Part shown: one piece after another, positions 12,101 through 24,174 of the stretch
Layout: the number at the start of each line of letters is the position of its first letter
Position numbering within the stretch: the first letter of the stretch is position 1
Assembly: GCA_964276515.1 (NCBI GenBank)
Contig: OZ193909.1
Coordinates: 15,810,001 to 15,874,000, forward strand
Reading direction: 5' to 3'
Source of the DNA: Gordius albopunctatus
Taxonomy: Eukaryota
DNA length: 64,000 nucleotides
The notes under the pieces: model-generated
What the model was told of the DNA's origin: nothing
The model's input: only the letters and a program-made list of their open reading frames with translations
Databases searched by the model: none
Program-made: the position numbers and the translations under genes

Positions 12101-13183
12101 ATCCTTAGTCATTTTTGGTTGATTAAGCCCAGACCGAATGGTGTCATACTCTCGAATTTAGGAAAATTGTCTAAAGCACCCACTTACTAGCTATAATTTT
12201 GTTCGGTCTTTTAAGTCCTTTTAGCCTTTGTTTTATTCCTCCATCTTAGTGTTGGGGACAATATAGCTTTGGGGATCGATGGTATAATCGAGGAAACTTT
12301 GGCCCCCTTTCAACCCATATACGCTCGAATCGTGAAATGTCCCATAGATACGGGGCTGGGTGCGAGTCATGTTAGGAAATTGTTGAAAGACGTTAAACCC
12401 AAGACTACCGTGGTATGTCCCGATATTTATTCCGCTGTGTTGAAGGACGCTATGGCATCCACCGAACACACCTACCAATTGAAAACCATATCGAGTCCCG
12501 TGACGAGATTAGCTAGGAAAGATGTCGGAGTCGATTACGATGTGCAAACGGAAGAAACTCTACAACGGTCTATAGTTGAATTCGTGATTAAATCTCCCCA
12601 CGATGGGCGCGAAAGTGGGAACGCTTACCAAAGAGTCCGTCTATCCGAAGAGGGCAGCACTCTCGAGATGTTAACTCAAACCTCGGTTATTCAGGTATCA
12701 CCCGACACTTACATAGGCCCCGCTTTTCAAGCATCTCTTAGTGCCCGCGATAACGCATACACTTTAAAAGTTGAAGAACCGTCATCCGAAACTGAAAACA
12801 AGGATAAATTGCGTCGTGACGGTGATTATTCTATCAAACCCAACACTTGGGGCGATTTAGATGAGTCGAGGTTGGTGAAAAAATTGCAAAAATCCGGTTT
12901 TAACGTTGATAAATTGACCCAACACGAGGCCCAACAAAAAATTCAAGCTGACGGGCTTTTTGTTTTAACCGGCAAATCTGTTTTTAAAGTGTCCGGTATG
13001 GGTGCCTCTTGTTATCTCTGTCTATCTGATGTAAAGAGTGAAGAAGGCCGAGGCAAAACCCCTGTCAAGAATACCCAAGTTATATCTAATTCCTTCGATT
13101 CCAAAGACGAAAACTCACATAAATCTTTAAAGCGTTCCGTAACTAAAATTTTAATAGAAGAACTCAATAGGACCAGTAGCTGA
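3164..13183 (+). CDS. INTS9: Integrator complex subunit 9 (MBL/beta-CASP fold), ~749 aa. Exons 3164-3379, 3414-3581, 3617-3790, 3828-4065, 8411-8685, 9056-9300, 12250-13183
   Basis: Spliced translation has INTS9 motifs: IMIDCAVD, IDIILISNY, GTIYATEPT, SAGYCIGSCNWVIQSDYEK, GGNVLIPC..GVTFDLLECL, NIFSEWLC, KVYLPEEPFVHAE, PCVVFAGHTSLRFG, CPIDT. All introns are GT-AG with consistent phase. AATAAA at 13241. Confidence 0.95.
4748..6318 (+). mobile_element. Helitron 3' half: frameshifted PIF1-type helicase plus 3' terminus
   Basis: Motifs LDAPGGTGKTF, SGIAATLLDGGRTAHSTFKLP, LLAGDFRQ, ERAILAPKN, YPTEFLNSL, AFAITINKAQGQS and HGQLYVACSRV are spread over several frames. Hairpin GGCAAAacaacgTTTGCC (6289-6306) is followed by CTAG (6315-6318). 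Confidence 0.92.
6645..7912 (-). mobile_element. Helitron 5' half: 5' terminus plus degraded RepHel N-terminus
   Basis: Minus strand begins TATATATAAAAATGAAAC (~7912). ATG at 7420 (MPMRKK...) with E..E.R..RL repeats, then IGQMDKMCLHCRALRFPKENPGMCCSNGKVNLPPL...IRKYNACLQMTSFG, typical of the RepHel N-terminus. In-frame stops present. Confidence 0.88.
8952..9017. mobile_element. hAT-type MITE (CATGGGCGTAGCC family), minimal 66-bp copy
   Basis: TIRs CATGGGCGTAGCCAG / CTGGCTACGCCCATG. Flanks TGAGTTAG / GGAGATAG (6/8). Confidence 0.8.
9570..11671 (+). mobile_element. piggyBac-superfamily transposon with decayed transposase, in INTS9 intron 6
   Basis: TTAA on both flanks (9566-9569, 11672-11675). 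15-bp TIR CCCGA(A/C)AGGTACCAG. Subterminal CAGTGTAACCTGTAGGTGACACC repeats. Pseudogenised motifs SMDE*MVPYFGHHNAKQFIKGKP, FMGGVDRFNQN, WYFPIFAFGLD. Confidence 0.93.
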
Positions 13184-13240
13184 TATTTTATATCGTGTGC
13201 CATTTTCATGTATTATATGCGACTCCGTACTTTTATTTAT

Positions 13241-13246
13241 AATAAA
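13241..13246 (+). promoter_or_regulatory. Probable INTS9 polyadenylation signal
   Basis: AATAAA ~58 nt after the stop codon; a second copy lies near 13296. Confidence 0.5.
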
Positions 13247-14168
13247 TATACTGTTATATTTCTTTAAATTGATGTAATATTATATATTGTACTGAATAAA
13301 AAAAGTTTAATGCTGGCGCTTAAAGATAAATTAAAATTACATATGAATGTTAAATCATTGGTCTATTTAGGTTTTTTACCATAATTTTAAAACACCAAAA
13401 ATTTTATAACTACTATTATTTATACATAAAGGAATAAAAGGTAATGTATCGTCGTATAAAGTTATTAAATTGATTAGGTGTCATTCGTCCATCTAAGAAA
13501 TTTATATTTATTTTAAAATTAAATTCTCCATTCATCTGTAGCAAGCAACCTATTTTTTAGGTGCTAAGATGACTATTTTAATTTAAAGTCGGGCCAATTA
13601 TTAAATTTTCATTTGGTTTTGAAACTGTGATAGTCTTTAATTAAATATAAAATGATTTATGATATAGATATTAAACTTCTTAGTATGTCAAACTTCCCAA
13701 ACATGCACATTCTAGTTGTAATAAGTATTTCATATAAGACAACTTAATATTTCTTGATAGCTACTATGGGTTTAGGAGTTTTACCTTTTGGTACACTATA
13801 TGAAACTAAACCAAAAGAGCGATATTCATAGATTGCTATAGCCGATTGACTAGGCGCGATTTAATTTTTAGGTTAGTAAGGAAAAAATAATGTAATTTTT
13901 ACAAAAAATTTGTACATGTAGAAAATACCTCTAGTTTACCATTTTTTAAAGTCGTAAAAATCTCATTGAAATGATCAATTGAGACACTTGAAATTCGAGT
14001 TAATATCATTAAACAGCTTAAAAATATTTTGGATAGGGTTACATCCTTAGGAATAGTGAAGTTTTTGTTTAAAATGAATCACAATTATACAGCGTCGATA
14101 CAAAAATATACATATTTATACAGATATGCTTCGAGCTATAAGTAAACAGTGAGGTGATTTTTGAAGAA

Positions 14169-17158
14169 TCAATCGTCCACGTCACTGAATTGGACCGAAT
14201 TAACGCCCAAGGTAATGGCGCCCCCCGAGTAATTTCCCCGTTTTTTCTTCGTTTTTTCGTGCTTAAAACTTTTTCCCTTTGTAAATTTGAGAACATCGTT
14301 GGCTTTTTCGCCCCAAGAATTAGTTGCTCCCTTCTAAAACGATACACAATCAATTATTAAAACTAATATATAGTAAATGTGAATATGAACAAGATTTTTC
14401 TAATTTCTTTATTACTATTAAGGAATAAAACTAACAGGCAACAGAACGAAAACGTCACATAACATTATTTGAGGCCTAGAATGGTGTTTTAAATGATCTT
14501 AGTTGTCAATTGCCACATTTATATCACAATTTACTTAAAAATTAATAGTCATTACTTCATAAATAACTAATTATTATTTTACCATGGCCTCAAAGGAGTT
14601 ATTGTTCAATTTAGGGTCGATCTTTATATCGCCGTAAACGCTGACTCTCCTAAAGGGTTTCGACATTCGCACTCCCTAAAACAAAATACATGGAATAATA
14701 ATGACACAATTAAAGACAAACTTTCCAAAAATAGGTGTCAATAAGCTATTTGTTTATTATAAACGTTAAAAAATTAACTTTAATTTGTTATTTATAAGTA
14801 AGATTGAAAGAGAGTTAGTCGAGTCTTTAAATTATAATTCAGTAACATTAAATTATTTAAAAACAAATTGTGATAAGTGAAAACTGTCTAAAAATTCTTA
14901 AACCACGTAAACAATTAAATACCAATATAGAACTAAAAGTCTCCGAGTTTAATTTTATGCAGATTTAATTATTCATTCATATTGCCTTTACTAAAATATC
15001 TATCACATGTACTCACATAAAAGCCTCTTATTAACTGTGTTAATAATACTAGTCAAATACCTACTTTTAAAATATCTTGTATTCTAATTAGGGTAGTGAA
15101 AATATAAAAAGGACTTTGTGGCCTGATATAACATTGTCATTGTTCAAAACAAGTCTTTCAATTATACTAATTTAAATGACTATTGTAGAGCTTTAAACTG
15201 TCTGATGCATATACTTAAAGAAATTAGCATGATTGATTTATATCAATGGATGTAATAAAATTTTAATTAATTACTCCATAATCCTTACTATCACACATGC
15301 TCTTAATTGGAAAAGTGTCATAATGGCCGTTACCATAAATTGATAATAATATATTTTTAAGAAGCATATGATGTAAGCAAATAGCCATATAAAGCATTGT
15401 ATTACACCCAGTCTGCACCCAATATTAATATTGTAAGAGAATAAAAAATTAAAAGCTCTCTACGTGATTAATGATTCGACATACAAATTTAAGCTGAAAT
15501 TTTCTAGTTTCAATAAATAAGCATTTATTTTACAAAAAAAATAATGAATATACAAAATTAGGTTGTAAATGAAGTAAAGGTACCTGCAATTCAGGGCTCT
15601 CTGAGTCAAGGTTATTGACAAAACTGTTGGAAAGCGCCGCATTACTGGAACTGTTAAATCCATTTTGCGCTGAAAAATCATTTGTGACTGGGTGCTTTAA
15701 GAGGTCAGGTGTTGGAGCAGGTTCAGCTTCTAATTTTTTCATTTTCTTAGCAGACTCACCATTTTGAATCTCATTTTTTTTGCTATCATCCTTTCCCTTT
15801 CCCTTCTTCTTTTTCTCTGATTTAAGAGGCGAAAAAACTTCCATAACCCCACCATCAGGTTGAACCTTGTTTTGTGTATTATCATTTTCCAAATCGTTGA
15901 TGATGCTTTGTTTTTCATTATTTTCATCTGATATAACCTGACAATTTTCTAATAAATCATTAATTTTGTCTTTTTTAACCTTTTTCTTTGGGGGTACTTT
16001 TGTCTCTAAATTTTTTGTTTCTTCATTATTTGCTATATCATTCTTTGTAGGTAAAGGTTTTTGATTCTCATCAGCCAATGGAGCTGTTTTTGTGTCTTTT
16101 ACAAAAGATTTATTCAATCCCTTTTGAAACTTTTCTTTAATACCTGCTAGGGATGAGACATCTTTTTCCTTTGGGACTTGAGCTTTTTTAGTTGGAGATT
16201 TAATGTTGGTTGATATTGGTTGTGATTTTATGTAAGCTCTATTTACGACTATATCAATAACAGTATCATATTTGTTAAATCCTTCTGCCCCATCTGCATC
16301 TGCAACTTTAGTCAATGTATTTCCATGCAAAACTGGCCTGGGAATGAACCCATTAAATTGAGCAGGCATCTTATTTATTATATCTATAACAAGATTATGA
16401 AGTAATTACATTAAAAATTACTTTCCAAATTGGATTGGACTGGTTTGGTTTCTTTGTTTTTTGATTTCAAGCAGCCTAAGTCATTAAAATATCATCAAAA
16501 TGTTTCTAAATACTTTCTGTGCCAGATTCAAATGGTTTAGAAGCTTTACTTAAAATTTGTGTGGCATCTAAAATATAAATGTTTTATTTTAAAAGTATCA
16601 ATTTACCATCTGGAATAAATTTGACAGGTTTACAAACTTTCTTTTTTTGGATTTGTCTGGTAATAACCTTATTTTCTGGAAGGTCTAGATTTGCCTGAGT
16701 GCTTTTATCATCTTTCATACTCTTTAATCTAGCACAATATTCAAAAAAAAAACTTAAAAAGTATGCCATAATGTAGTTAATAAATCAATTAAAAAGCTAA
16801 TGAACTCAAAATAACTATTACTGTAAGAGAAACTACCATGGATAATTTAAATTAAACCTCTAATATTATAAAAAATGATTAGGTATAAAGTTAATAATGT
16901 TAATTTTAATATGACAATCAAAATTTTATGATAATTAAAAAAAATATTTAAAAAATAAGACTAATAGAATTATACCTTTTCCAGTCAATATATATATTCT
17001 CCAAAGTTGTTTCTGGAGCATCATCAAAAATCTAATATATTTATCATATATGTTTAAACCACGCTTACTAATTTTAAGCTTTTATAAAATTCCTGGGCTG
17101 CCGTAGGACAATGATACTTAAGGAAAAAATACACCAATTTCTTTAACTTCTTTCCCAT
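14169..17158 (-). CDS. NOLC1: Nopp140/NOLC1/SRP40-family nucleolar protein, ~477 aa. Exons 17158-17069, 17031-16976, 16728-16607, 16567-16514, 16475-16422, 16383-15584, 14675-14583, 14333-14169
   Basis: C-terminus KPFRRVSVYGDIKIDPKLNNNSFEAM-KGATNSWGEKANDVLKFTKGKSFKHEKTKKKRGNYSGGAITLGVNSVQF is the SRP40_C domain. N-terminus LKKLVYFFLKYHCPTAAQEF...TLENIYIDW is LisH-like. Lys-rich centre. All introns GT-AG and in phase. The terminal domains are not in the ORF track. Confidence 0.9.
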
Positions 17159-17444
17159 GCTTAAAATAATGGAGACCCACTTTAGTCAAAAAATACAGAA
17201 TGTCGAATAAATTTAGAAAAAGTTGGGTATGAGCCTTAGATACATCGGTTCTTCTTATTTATCTACCATTGTGCTATTTAAACTGTTTTTATTAAGTTGG
17301 ATGTTCACTATTTAACTATTCGATCGAGAAAATGTAATTTGTTTAAATATTTAAATGATTCTACATTCAATCTTAAATTGATGTTCAACAACTTGTTCAC
17401 TTTGCAATAATTCCGTAATATCAAATAGCCAACATGACCTTCCC

Positions 17445-17767
17445 AAAATAAAACTAGGTGTGTGTATATATATATGCCACCACCAATTATACAAAACTAC
17501 CAGACCGATTTGGCTCAAAATTTCACAGTTTATTCCTGACACTCTGGAGCATGTTTTAGGATTTGTTCGAGCCAAATCGGTCCAGTAGTTTTCGGGTATT
17601 GGTATGCGTTGCACTGTATACGTAAATAGAACAATAGAAGTATAACATATAGACATCAAACTTTTTTTACTTCAATAACCGCTTTATCATCATATATGCC
17701 CTAAAATTCCAACATAATTTAATACACCCGGGTAAATGGCAAAACAACGTTTGCCGGATTCATCTAG
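17445..17767 (+). mobile_element. Non-autonomous Helitron (deletion derivative of the INTS9-intron element) upstream of Nopp140
   Basis: 5' part matches the reverse complement of ~7580-7900. 3' part AATACACCCGGGTAAATGGCAAAACAACGTTTGCCGGATTCATCTAG matches 6272-6318 and ends CTAG|T. Confidence 0.88.
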
Positions 17768-18149
17768 TAATATATATTATAAATAATTATTTAGTGATTT
17801 TTAGAGATTATATATATAATAAGTGTTAGATGCTTACATTTTCTGAACCATCTAGGTTGGCTGAAATTTTTTGGGGTATTGATACCTTATTAACTTGAGT
17901 AGGGTAAAGGCTTTACTAATCCTTATCATGGTCAAATTTAATTAATTTGCATTTAATATCCTAAATGTAAATCTCATAATATAAAAATTCCTAATTAGCT
18001 AAATTAAGACTTAACGGTAAGAAACAAAAATTAAAGCCGAGATCTCGCTGATAAAATCTCGTCTCTTCTCGAGGTCAAAATTCTCGCCTCGATCTCGAGT
18101 CAATTTTTCAAATTCTCGTCTCGTCTCGGTCCGCATCACTAGCCCAAGC

Positions 18150-21100
18150 AGACGTTTTCCATTTATATGGCGCGAGGAGGTAAACTCCGTTCTTCGTAAC
18201 TAGGCGGACCAGGGCATAATTACGTCGGTAGATTATAGTGAGTGGGCAACTTCCCTGGTCCCAGTGAAGAAGGCCGATGGGACATTGCGTCTTTGCATCG
18301 ATTTTCGGGTAACGCTTAATCGGTAGTTGGTGGAAATTAAGTACCCAATGCCGCGGGTTGAAGAAATTTTAGCGAATCTTAAAACCGCATGTTTTTTACG
18401 AAACTTGATTTGAGGTCGGCGCACCTTCAAATCAGGTTGAATGTTCGTTCGGTGCGGTTGATGACAATTAATAGACCATTGGGGTTGTTTTCGTTTAATC
18501 GCTAGCCATTTGGATTGAGTATTTTTGCGGCGGTGTTCCAAAAATTTATGGCCTAGGTTTTTCAAGGTTTGAGCGGTGTGTTCTTTTACCTGGATGATGT
18601 ATTAATAGTAGGCAGTACCATGCACGAGCACGATAGTAATTTAGAATCGGTGTTAATACGCATCCAGGAAAGAGGACTACGTATAACCATGAAAAAGTGC
18701 ACGTCCGGGGTAACTGAAATTACATTTTTAGGGCATGCTATTGCATGGGGAAAGATCCGCCCTTTGGGTAATAATGTGGCGGCGATTATCAATATACGGG
18801 CGCCCGCTAATAAAAAGCAAGTAATGGCCTTTTTGGGCTCTGTTAATTATTATCGCTGTTCGGAAGTGGCGGCGCCTTTGCATAGGTTAACTGGGATTAA
18901 CGTGCGTTTAGTATGGACGGATATGGAACAGTCAGCGTTCGAAACTTTAAAAAAAACTATTAGGTAGTGAACCAGTTTTAGTTTGTTTTAACCGTGACCT
19001 CCCGGTGAGGTTGGCGATTGATGCTTCCAATCACGGTTTAGGTGGCTTGCTCTTCCATATTATTGATAAGGTGGAGCGGGTATATTTTTACCGTAAATTG
19101 ACTACGGCAGAGCTTAATTATTAGGTTATAGAAAAAGAGGCTTTAACGGTAGTGTTTCCGTTGAATAAATGTCGTGAATATCTTATTAGGCGTAAATTTA
19201 AAATCTTTAATGGCCATAAACCACTGGTTCCTCTTTTTGCGAAATGAAATGGTAATAGAATGCTAAGACCTATGTTACGAAAATGGTTATTATTTTTGGG
19301 TGATTTTCAGATAAAATTGGAGTATAAAAAGGGCGCAGCGAATTATGTACCAGATACATTATCACGCCTAGGTGAGAGCGATGAAGCGATACCTAAGGAG
19401 GAACTGGAGGGTGAAAATTATTTGATTAATGTCTTAACTCAAGCATTTCCGTCAGTCGACCTAAAGGAGGAGGTTGATAAAGACGACGAGTTGCATGGAG
19501 TTGTGGAATACTTGAACGTTCAGGGGGCAATCGAGTAGGTTGCTAAGTGTTTTCGTGGCATAGTAAATGACCTCAATCTCGATAATGGAGTTTGTACTAC
19601 GATGCAAGCGCATAGTGATTCCACGGGCGTTGCGACCGCAAGTGTTGGAATTATTGCATGCTAGACATAGCGGCGCAGCTAAAATAAAAGCAACGGCACG
19701 TAACTATGTTTGGTTGGGCTTAAATGCACTGCCTGTTGTAAAAATGCGAATATGCCCAAAAACAAGCTAGGTGCCACGGGCTCGAAACGTTTGAGACCGG
19801 GTGTATCTCGACTTTTAGGATATCAATTCGAAACAATACCTTTTATTGATGGATGCGACTTCAAGTTGGGTTGAATTTCAACGCGTCAAGAAGTTGTCCA
19901 CTGGGTACTTTATCAATTTTCTAAGGAATTTAATAGGCGCTTACTGTATTCCAAGGTGTATAGTGTCCGATAACGGTACCGCCTTTACCAGTGCAGGGTT
20001 TAAGGCGTTATGTGGTAAATAGGGTATATTGCATGTATTAACGCCTTCATATCACCCCACTTCTAACGGGTTGGCGGAGCGAGATGTTGCGATCGTAAAA
20101 AAATGGCTGAAAAATGAGAAGGTAGAGAAGGACGGCATTTGAATGTATAGGTTATTACATAATGCGTCACCTCGCTTTCCATGTCGCGCTCTTGTTGGCA
20201 AATTATTTCTAAATAAGTTACCTCGTGTACCGATCGATGTGTGGGTGGACGCCAGGTTAACAACTGGCGAGTCCACTACAAGTCGGCATGAAATTGGTAA
20301 CTCAGTTTGGACTCGTGTTTACGGTGGAACGAGAGGTGGTTGGAAGCTGTGGTAAAGTCCAACGTGGGATCAAAAGCCTTGGAGGTTGAGTTTACTGGCT
20401 CCAATAACCGCACGGTTAGACACGAGGAGCAATTACGGTTACGATGCTAATAAGATGTCTTTTATATGTAATAATATAACTATATTATATTTTTTTGTAT
20501 TAGATAGATATTATAGCATCATGGTGCCGGTTGAGGGTGGTGGTGGAGGTTATCGATCCTCTGTACGCCCCAACCAACTTACATGTGTCGTTCGTAGTTG
20601 GCCAAGACGGTATCCCACACATCGTCAACTTCCGCGAGTAAAGTTATTCCCTGGGCGGAGCCACGCAGCCCGGGAATAGGATGCAAGGAGGTAGCGTGAG
20701 CCGAGGAGAGTACGCTGGGAGAAGCGTCCCAGAGAAGTCCTTCCGGCGGTTCGCCAGGTTTAAAGGGGCACGGAGATTGCCCTGACGGCGGCGCGCGGAG
20801 GGCGGCACTGGGTTGCCCGAAGGAGGTTTTGTGGGTACCAGCGTCGGCACGAAGGCCGGCGTGTGCGCATACGCCTGCGGCACCTCTGGAGGTACTCAGC
20901 GTCACGGTGGTCGAAGTGTTGAACCCAGCTTGAATGAGGTTGCAGTTGATGTAGCGATTCATCTCGACCAAACTAAGGTTGTCAATACGGACGCGGTGTT
21001 GATGCCGATGACATCAGTCACGTTGCAAGAATACGACCAGGGGGTGAGGGAGGTCACGCGGGGGAGTCAGCGAGACGAAAATAATGGGTAGCAATTTAGG

Positions 21101-21366
21101 ATCCCAACGACCTTACATTCTACGGCACGCTAAATTACTTTGACTCCCCGATCCCGTCCTCCTGGGGGTCATACTTAAAGGGGATGGTGTGGTATTCTCC
21201 CTCCTACATGCCACCTAACTTGTTCTTATATTCTCCTTTTTCATGTCTGTTTCTTTTTAGCTTTTTTATGTCTATTTTACTCGCTACTATCTCTATGTAT
21301 ATTTAACTATCGGCACTCGCCATCTTCCTCTACATATTACGCCCGAAGGGAGTATTTATTGCTATT
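18150..21366 (+). mobile_element. Decayed Ty3/Gypsy LTR retrotransposon (RT-RNaseH-integrase), PPT and start of 3' LTR
   Basis: Motifs WATSLVPVKKADGTLRLCIDFR, YLDDVLI, FLGSVNYY, AIDASNHGLGG, IEKEAL, HKPL, LHARHSG, IVSDNGTAFTS, YHPTSNGLAER, with many stops and frameshifts. Purine tract AAAGGGGATGG (21177-21187) followed by TGT at 21188. Confidence 0.9.
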
Positions 21367-21374
21367 GTAAGAAC

Positions 21375-23209
21375 TACGCCTCTGGATTTCGAATCGATTA
21401 TTTTTGGTATTCGATTCCGATTTTTATAAAAAAATATTCGATTCGAGATTCGTCGAATATTAAAATGAAGATTCGAATTCGATTCGAAAAAATGTAAGGA
21501 TTCGAAATCGATTCGAATATATTTAACGTTTTTATTATTATTAAAAAACACATTAAAAATGCTACTATGATTTTTAATTTGCACATACATTTAGTGAGAG
21601 AGGAGGAATATAATTTATTACACGATAAAAGAACAATGATCCAAAACTTATAAAAGAGTGAGTTTATATAGCAATAGATAAGGATAACATTAATGAAAGT
21701 TGATTCTGTGTTTGTATTCTTTCTATTTTCACCTTGTACGTATTACAACCAAATCTTTCCAAGGTAAGTGTAATTTGTTTCCCTACATATACATTTGAAA
21801 AATTTATTAAAAAGATATTTAAAAAAATACGCACATCGAAAATAAAAATATTAAAGGCGAACAAAAAACTATGGCGATATGTGTAAGACAAACAAGCATG
21901 GACGTAGCCAAGGGGGGGGGAGGTCAGGGAGGGGCGGCTGCCCCCCCCCCCTCTAAATTTCAAAATTTGTCGAATTTTATTACAATTATGGCCAAAATTT
22001 CATGGAATAATCATTTTGCCCCTCCCTAAATCATAATTGCCCCTCCTCGAATCATTATTGCCCCCCTCTAGTCACAATGCTGGCTACGCCCATGCAATCA
22101 AGAACCGTTTTTAGCCAACTTTTAAGACAAATTATCTTTTAGCGCTTTAGTCCTTAAACGATTGCTTGTGTTTGGCCAATAAATTGGTTCAGGTTAAAAA
22201 TATTATTTAGCACGGACGTAAATAATTCAGGTATATAGAAAAGATTTTTTGCCAATTTTTGGATACCTGGAAAACGACGTTGATATGATTTTGACCATTG
22301 TAAAGGCTCAACATTGGACCACACGTGGTTTGTGCAAAAATGTCTCCAATGGAGACTTCACCTTCTTTTCTCTCTTAAATAGACGATCCACTGTTGATAC
22401 CTCGTTAGTATATACAAAATTGGGCTAACTTCCTATAGCAGTTTCCAAGACATCTCTAATTTGTATATACGATATGCCATGTACTGGCGATAAACACTCA
22501 AATTTTAATCCCTTAATCGAAGACACTCGATAATTAGACTATCTTCTTATTGAAAGCCATATATCTTCAATTTTCTGTTTGACTATTTTGTTAGCATGAT
22601 CTAATATGTCTGGTTGATAGTATACCGGTAATACAAAGTTCATTGTGGGAATTGCCCCCCCCCCCGGATATCAAATTAGTTGCACTGTAAAAGATAAAAC
22701 GTAACCTTTTCAATTTGTTCCCATTCAATGTTGGATATTAATTCTTACTAAGTGGAATTTAAACGCCAAATCCAATGCCTGCATTACTAAAATAGCCTTT
22801 TCTATCATATATAGGTGCCATCTGACTACCATGTCAAGTTTTGCCTTTATGCAATTATTTGGTGCGTCAAATTCTTTACATATAGCCTTTAATCGTGAAA
22901 TATTTTTGCGCTGTTTTGCAATTTTTATCAAAGTCCATAATTAAATTAAATTGTGATCCTCGTTCTATATAACTTATGTAAGATTGAAAAATTATAAATT
23001 AAACTTTTTCAAATTGTAGAAGGAAAAATAACTAAAATGCGGTAAGATAAAAATAGCTAAATATTTGAGTCTCGTCAATTTATAAAAAAAATAAAATTCG
23101 ATTTTTTAAGCATTCGATTCGGATTTTCGAATCTTAGCAGCGTAAATATTCGATTCGAAACTTACACATATGGATTCGAATCGAATCTCGAATATTTCCC
23201 AGAGGCGTA
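21375..23209 (-). mobile_element. hAT transposon remnant inserted in the putative Gypsy 3' LTR
   Basis: TIR TACGCCTCTGG / CCAGAGGCGTA. 8-bp TSD GTAAGAAC / GTAAGAAA (nTnnnnAn type). Dense subterminal ATTCG/TTCGAA repeats at both ends. Minus-strand remnants KLDMVVRW.LYMIEKA and TSNRLRTKAL...LKSWLK. Confidence 0.85.
21897..22094. mobile_element. hAT-type MITE (CATGGGCGTAGCC family) nested in the hAT remnant
   Basis: TIRs CATGGACGTAGCC / GGCTACGCCCATG. TSD CAAACAAG / CAATCAAG. Confidence 0.88.
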
Positions 23210-23287
23210 GTAAGAAAAGAACTGCAAGAATGTCTTATACAATTCTTGCTCATCGGGTAATTTATTTATTTTAGTTTTGATAATGCT

Positions 23288-23455
23288 TATGGGCGTAGCC
23301 AAGGGGGGGGGGCAGGAGGGGGTGCCCTAAATGACGGAAAAAAAATTTCAACAAAAACTCTTAAAAATAATTTTTTTTATGTTTTGCCCTTCCCTAATTG
23401 AACCTTGAACGTTTCGCCCCCCCCCCCCTTAATCTCAAACCTGGCTACGCCCATG
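23288..23455. mobile_element. hAT-type MITE (CATGGGCGTAGCC family)
   Basis: TIRs TATGGGCGTAGCC / GGCTACGCCCATG. Perfect TSD ATAATGCT. Confidence 0.9.
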
Positions 23456-23548
23456 ATAATGCTTAATAGGTAACACCCCTCATCTTCAAAAGCATAAACG
23501 CGTCTTCTAATTTCTCTAAATTTCCTTTTTCCTGGACTTCTTTGCAAT

Positions 23549-24006
23549 TAGTAATGATCAAAACCTAGGTCAGGTTTTCCCGAGGTCCAACCTCAGGTCG
23601 GTTTTAGGTTAGCGAACCTTAACCTGGGGTTGATCCCGAAAATTATCAAAATTTATAAACATATAGATGGCGTCATCGACTAATATACATGTTTAACAAT
23701 TAATTAAATTTTTATATAAAAAAAAATCTAATTTTTTTGAAAAATAATAACCAAAAACTATTTTTTCTTCATTTAAAATTGTAAATATTTAAAAAGTATG
23801 ACGCATCTTGAAAAAGGAAAATAGTTAAAGTAAAAAAAAATTTATTCTTAAATTTATCGCATAAAACAAGAGATTTTTATCAGGTTAACCTGAGGTCAAC
23901 CTGGGTTTCAGGTTGGGGATAAAATTGACCTGAAGGTTTTTCAGGTTGATTTTCCTAAACTCTCAGGTTGGCTGATCAAAACAAACCTAGGTTTTGATCA
24001 TCACTA
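23549..24006. mobile_element. 458-bp hAT-type MITE with AACCT/AGGTT subterminal repeats
   Basis: TIR TAGT(A/G)ATGATCAAAACCTAGGT. TSD TTTGCAAT / TTTGCAAC. Confidence 0.88.
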
Positions 24007-24174
24007 TTTGCAACGGTTCGGGCCTAAAACTGATTTTGCTATTGCTCCCTACCCCTAGCTACGCCACTTTGGTATGACCAAATGGTAAAATAAAAACAAT
24101 GAAAAATATTAATTTCGCAAAAATCTAAGAATAACATAGATCTATTTTCGTATATATTATTACTTAAATATTAA

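Noticed and set aside
14676..15583. Intronic snoRNA in Nopp140
   Set aside because: No paired C box (RUGAUGA) and D box (CUGA) found on the sense strand by eye; H/ACA RNAs cannot be excluded without a scan.
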